DNA of 64,000 nucleotides from Chloroflexota bacterium (GTDB taxonomy: Bacteria; Chloroflexota; Dehalococcoidia; Lucifugimonadales; UBA3495): the NCBI GenBank assembly GCA_028874075.1, contig JAPPLU010000049.1:122412-186411 (forward strand), written 5' to 3'. Below the pieces are notes generated by a model. It was given only the letters and a program-made list of their open reading frames with translations, had not been told where the DNA came from and made no database searches. Both the position numbers and the translations under genes were made by a program. Shown in pieces: positions 63,288-64,000 of the stretch (position 1 is the first letter of the stretch; each line of letters begins with the position of its first letter).

Positions 63288-64000
63288 TTAGCGGCGGGGC
63301 ATTACGAAGGGCATGGCGATGGCGATCACCGCGGCCACGATGGCGATGATGATGGCGATGATGCCAGTGGTGCCGGAGGCGTCGGCGCCGGCTGCGCCAG
63401 CGGGGCCGGCAGGACCCTGGGGGCCCTGGGGGCCAGCGGCGCCGGCTGCGCCGTCAGCGCCAGCGGGACCGGCAGCGCCGGGGTCGCCCTGGGGGCCTAC
63501 GGGGCCACGGGCGCCGTCAGCGCCAGCGGGACCGGCAGGGCCATCGGCGCCGGCAGGTCCAGCGGGACCCTGGGAGCCAGCGCCAGCAGCGCCACGGGGA
63601 CCGGCGGGGCCAGCAGGACCGGCGGGGCCAGCAGGACCGGCAGGACCGGCGGGGCCCGGAGGGCCGATGCGGCCCACGGTGCCGGAGGCCTGGGCGCTGA
63701 GGTTGAAGCCGGGCTGGATTTTGCCTATTTCATAGTTGTTGAGCTTTTCCATGGCATCCACACCGGCGACCATGAAGCTGATGGGGCCGGAGCCGGAGGG
63801 CTGCATTACCTGGAGAGAGAACTTGCCGCCAGCCATGGTCATGGCGGAGCCGAGCTTCTGGCTGCCCTGCATGGCGACGATATCGGTGTCAATGGGCGGC
63901 GTTGCGCCGTTGAGCATGGCCGTGCCGAGCAGGACGTGGGGCGGGCTCTGCTGCGCGAATGCCGTGAGAGGCAGCGCAGAAAGCATGGCCACTATCGCAA
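63288..64000 (-). CDS. Collagen-like (G-X-Y repeat) protein with C-terminal TM anchor; 5' end runs off the window
   Basis: ...[12 protein letters not shown] signal-like N-terminus (reading frame still open at 64000). A ~110-aa globular part. About 100 aa of [20 protein letters not shown] triplets. C-terminal [21 protein letters not shown] followed by PRR. Confidence 0.75.
   Translation of the reverse strand, partial: AIVAMLSALPLTAFAQQSPPHVLLGTAMLNGATPPIDTDIVAMQGSQKLGSAMTMAGGKFSLQVMQPSGSGPISFMVAGVDAMEKLNNYEIGKIQPGFNLSAQASGTVGRIGPPGPAGPAGPAGPAGPAGPAGPRGAAGAGSQGPAGPAGADGPAGPAGADGARGPVGPQGDPGAAGPAGADGAAGAAGPQGPQGPAGPAGAAGADASGTTGIIAIIIAIVAAVIAIAMPFVMPRR

Overview
This is a 64-kb window from a high-GC bacterial chromosome, roughly 60-65% GC by spot counts of single lines. 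I recognise about 50 protein-coding genes and no rRNA, tRNA, CRISPR array, transposase or integrase. The style of the sequence is reminiscent of uncultured Chloroflexota-type genomes, but that is a weak inference. It rests on lipoprotein solute-binding proteins with very long Ala/Pro/Ser tethers, Pro/Thr linkers, frequent GTG/TTG starts, many catabolic enzymes (LLM, hydantoinase, TPP, GMC) and dense REP-like hairpin repeats. Housekeeping anchors are folD, queA, radC, a Fur-family regulator, and a polyprenyl synthase-hpnC-hpnD-hpnE-SDR squalene operon.

Candidates worth a second look:
1. A same-strand block at 1.2-8.7 kb built around a translationally coupled vWA-PP2C-kinase triad (TerY-P type). 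It has its own sigma70-like promoter. It is flanked by a zinc-ribbon/TM/trypsin-like protease, a CAP-like protein and a separately promoted membrane-protein pair.
2. Low-GC islets at 14.8-17.1 kb carrying an orphan ~310-aa protein and an overlapping pair of a HicB-like protein and a tail-anchored mini-protein, next to radC.
3. Two copies of a ~200-nt conserved intergenic module (29.9 kb and 39.2 kb). The second may start an orphan ~300-nt transcript.
4. A DUF1800-Uma2-NHL-DUF1501 operon.
5. An S8 protease with five PPC-like domains that includes a perfect 405-nt tandem duplication. It is followed by an anomalous poly-C/poly-G tract (63.09-63.22 kb, probably an assembly artefact) and a collagen-like, tail-anchored protein.

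All functional calls come from motif recognition by eye; no database search was run.
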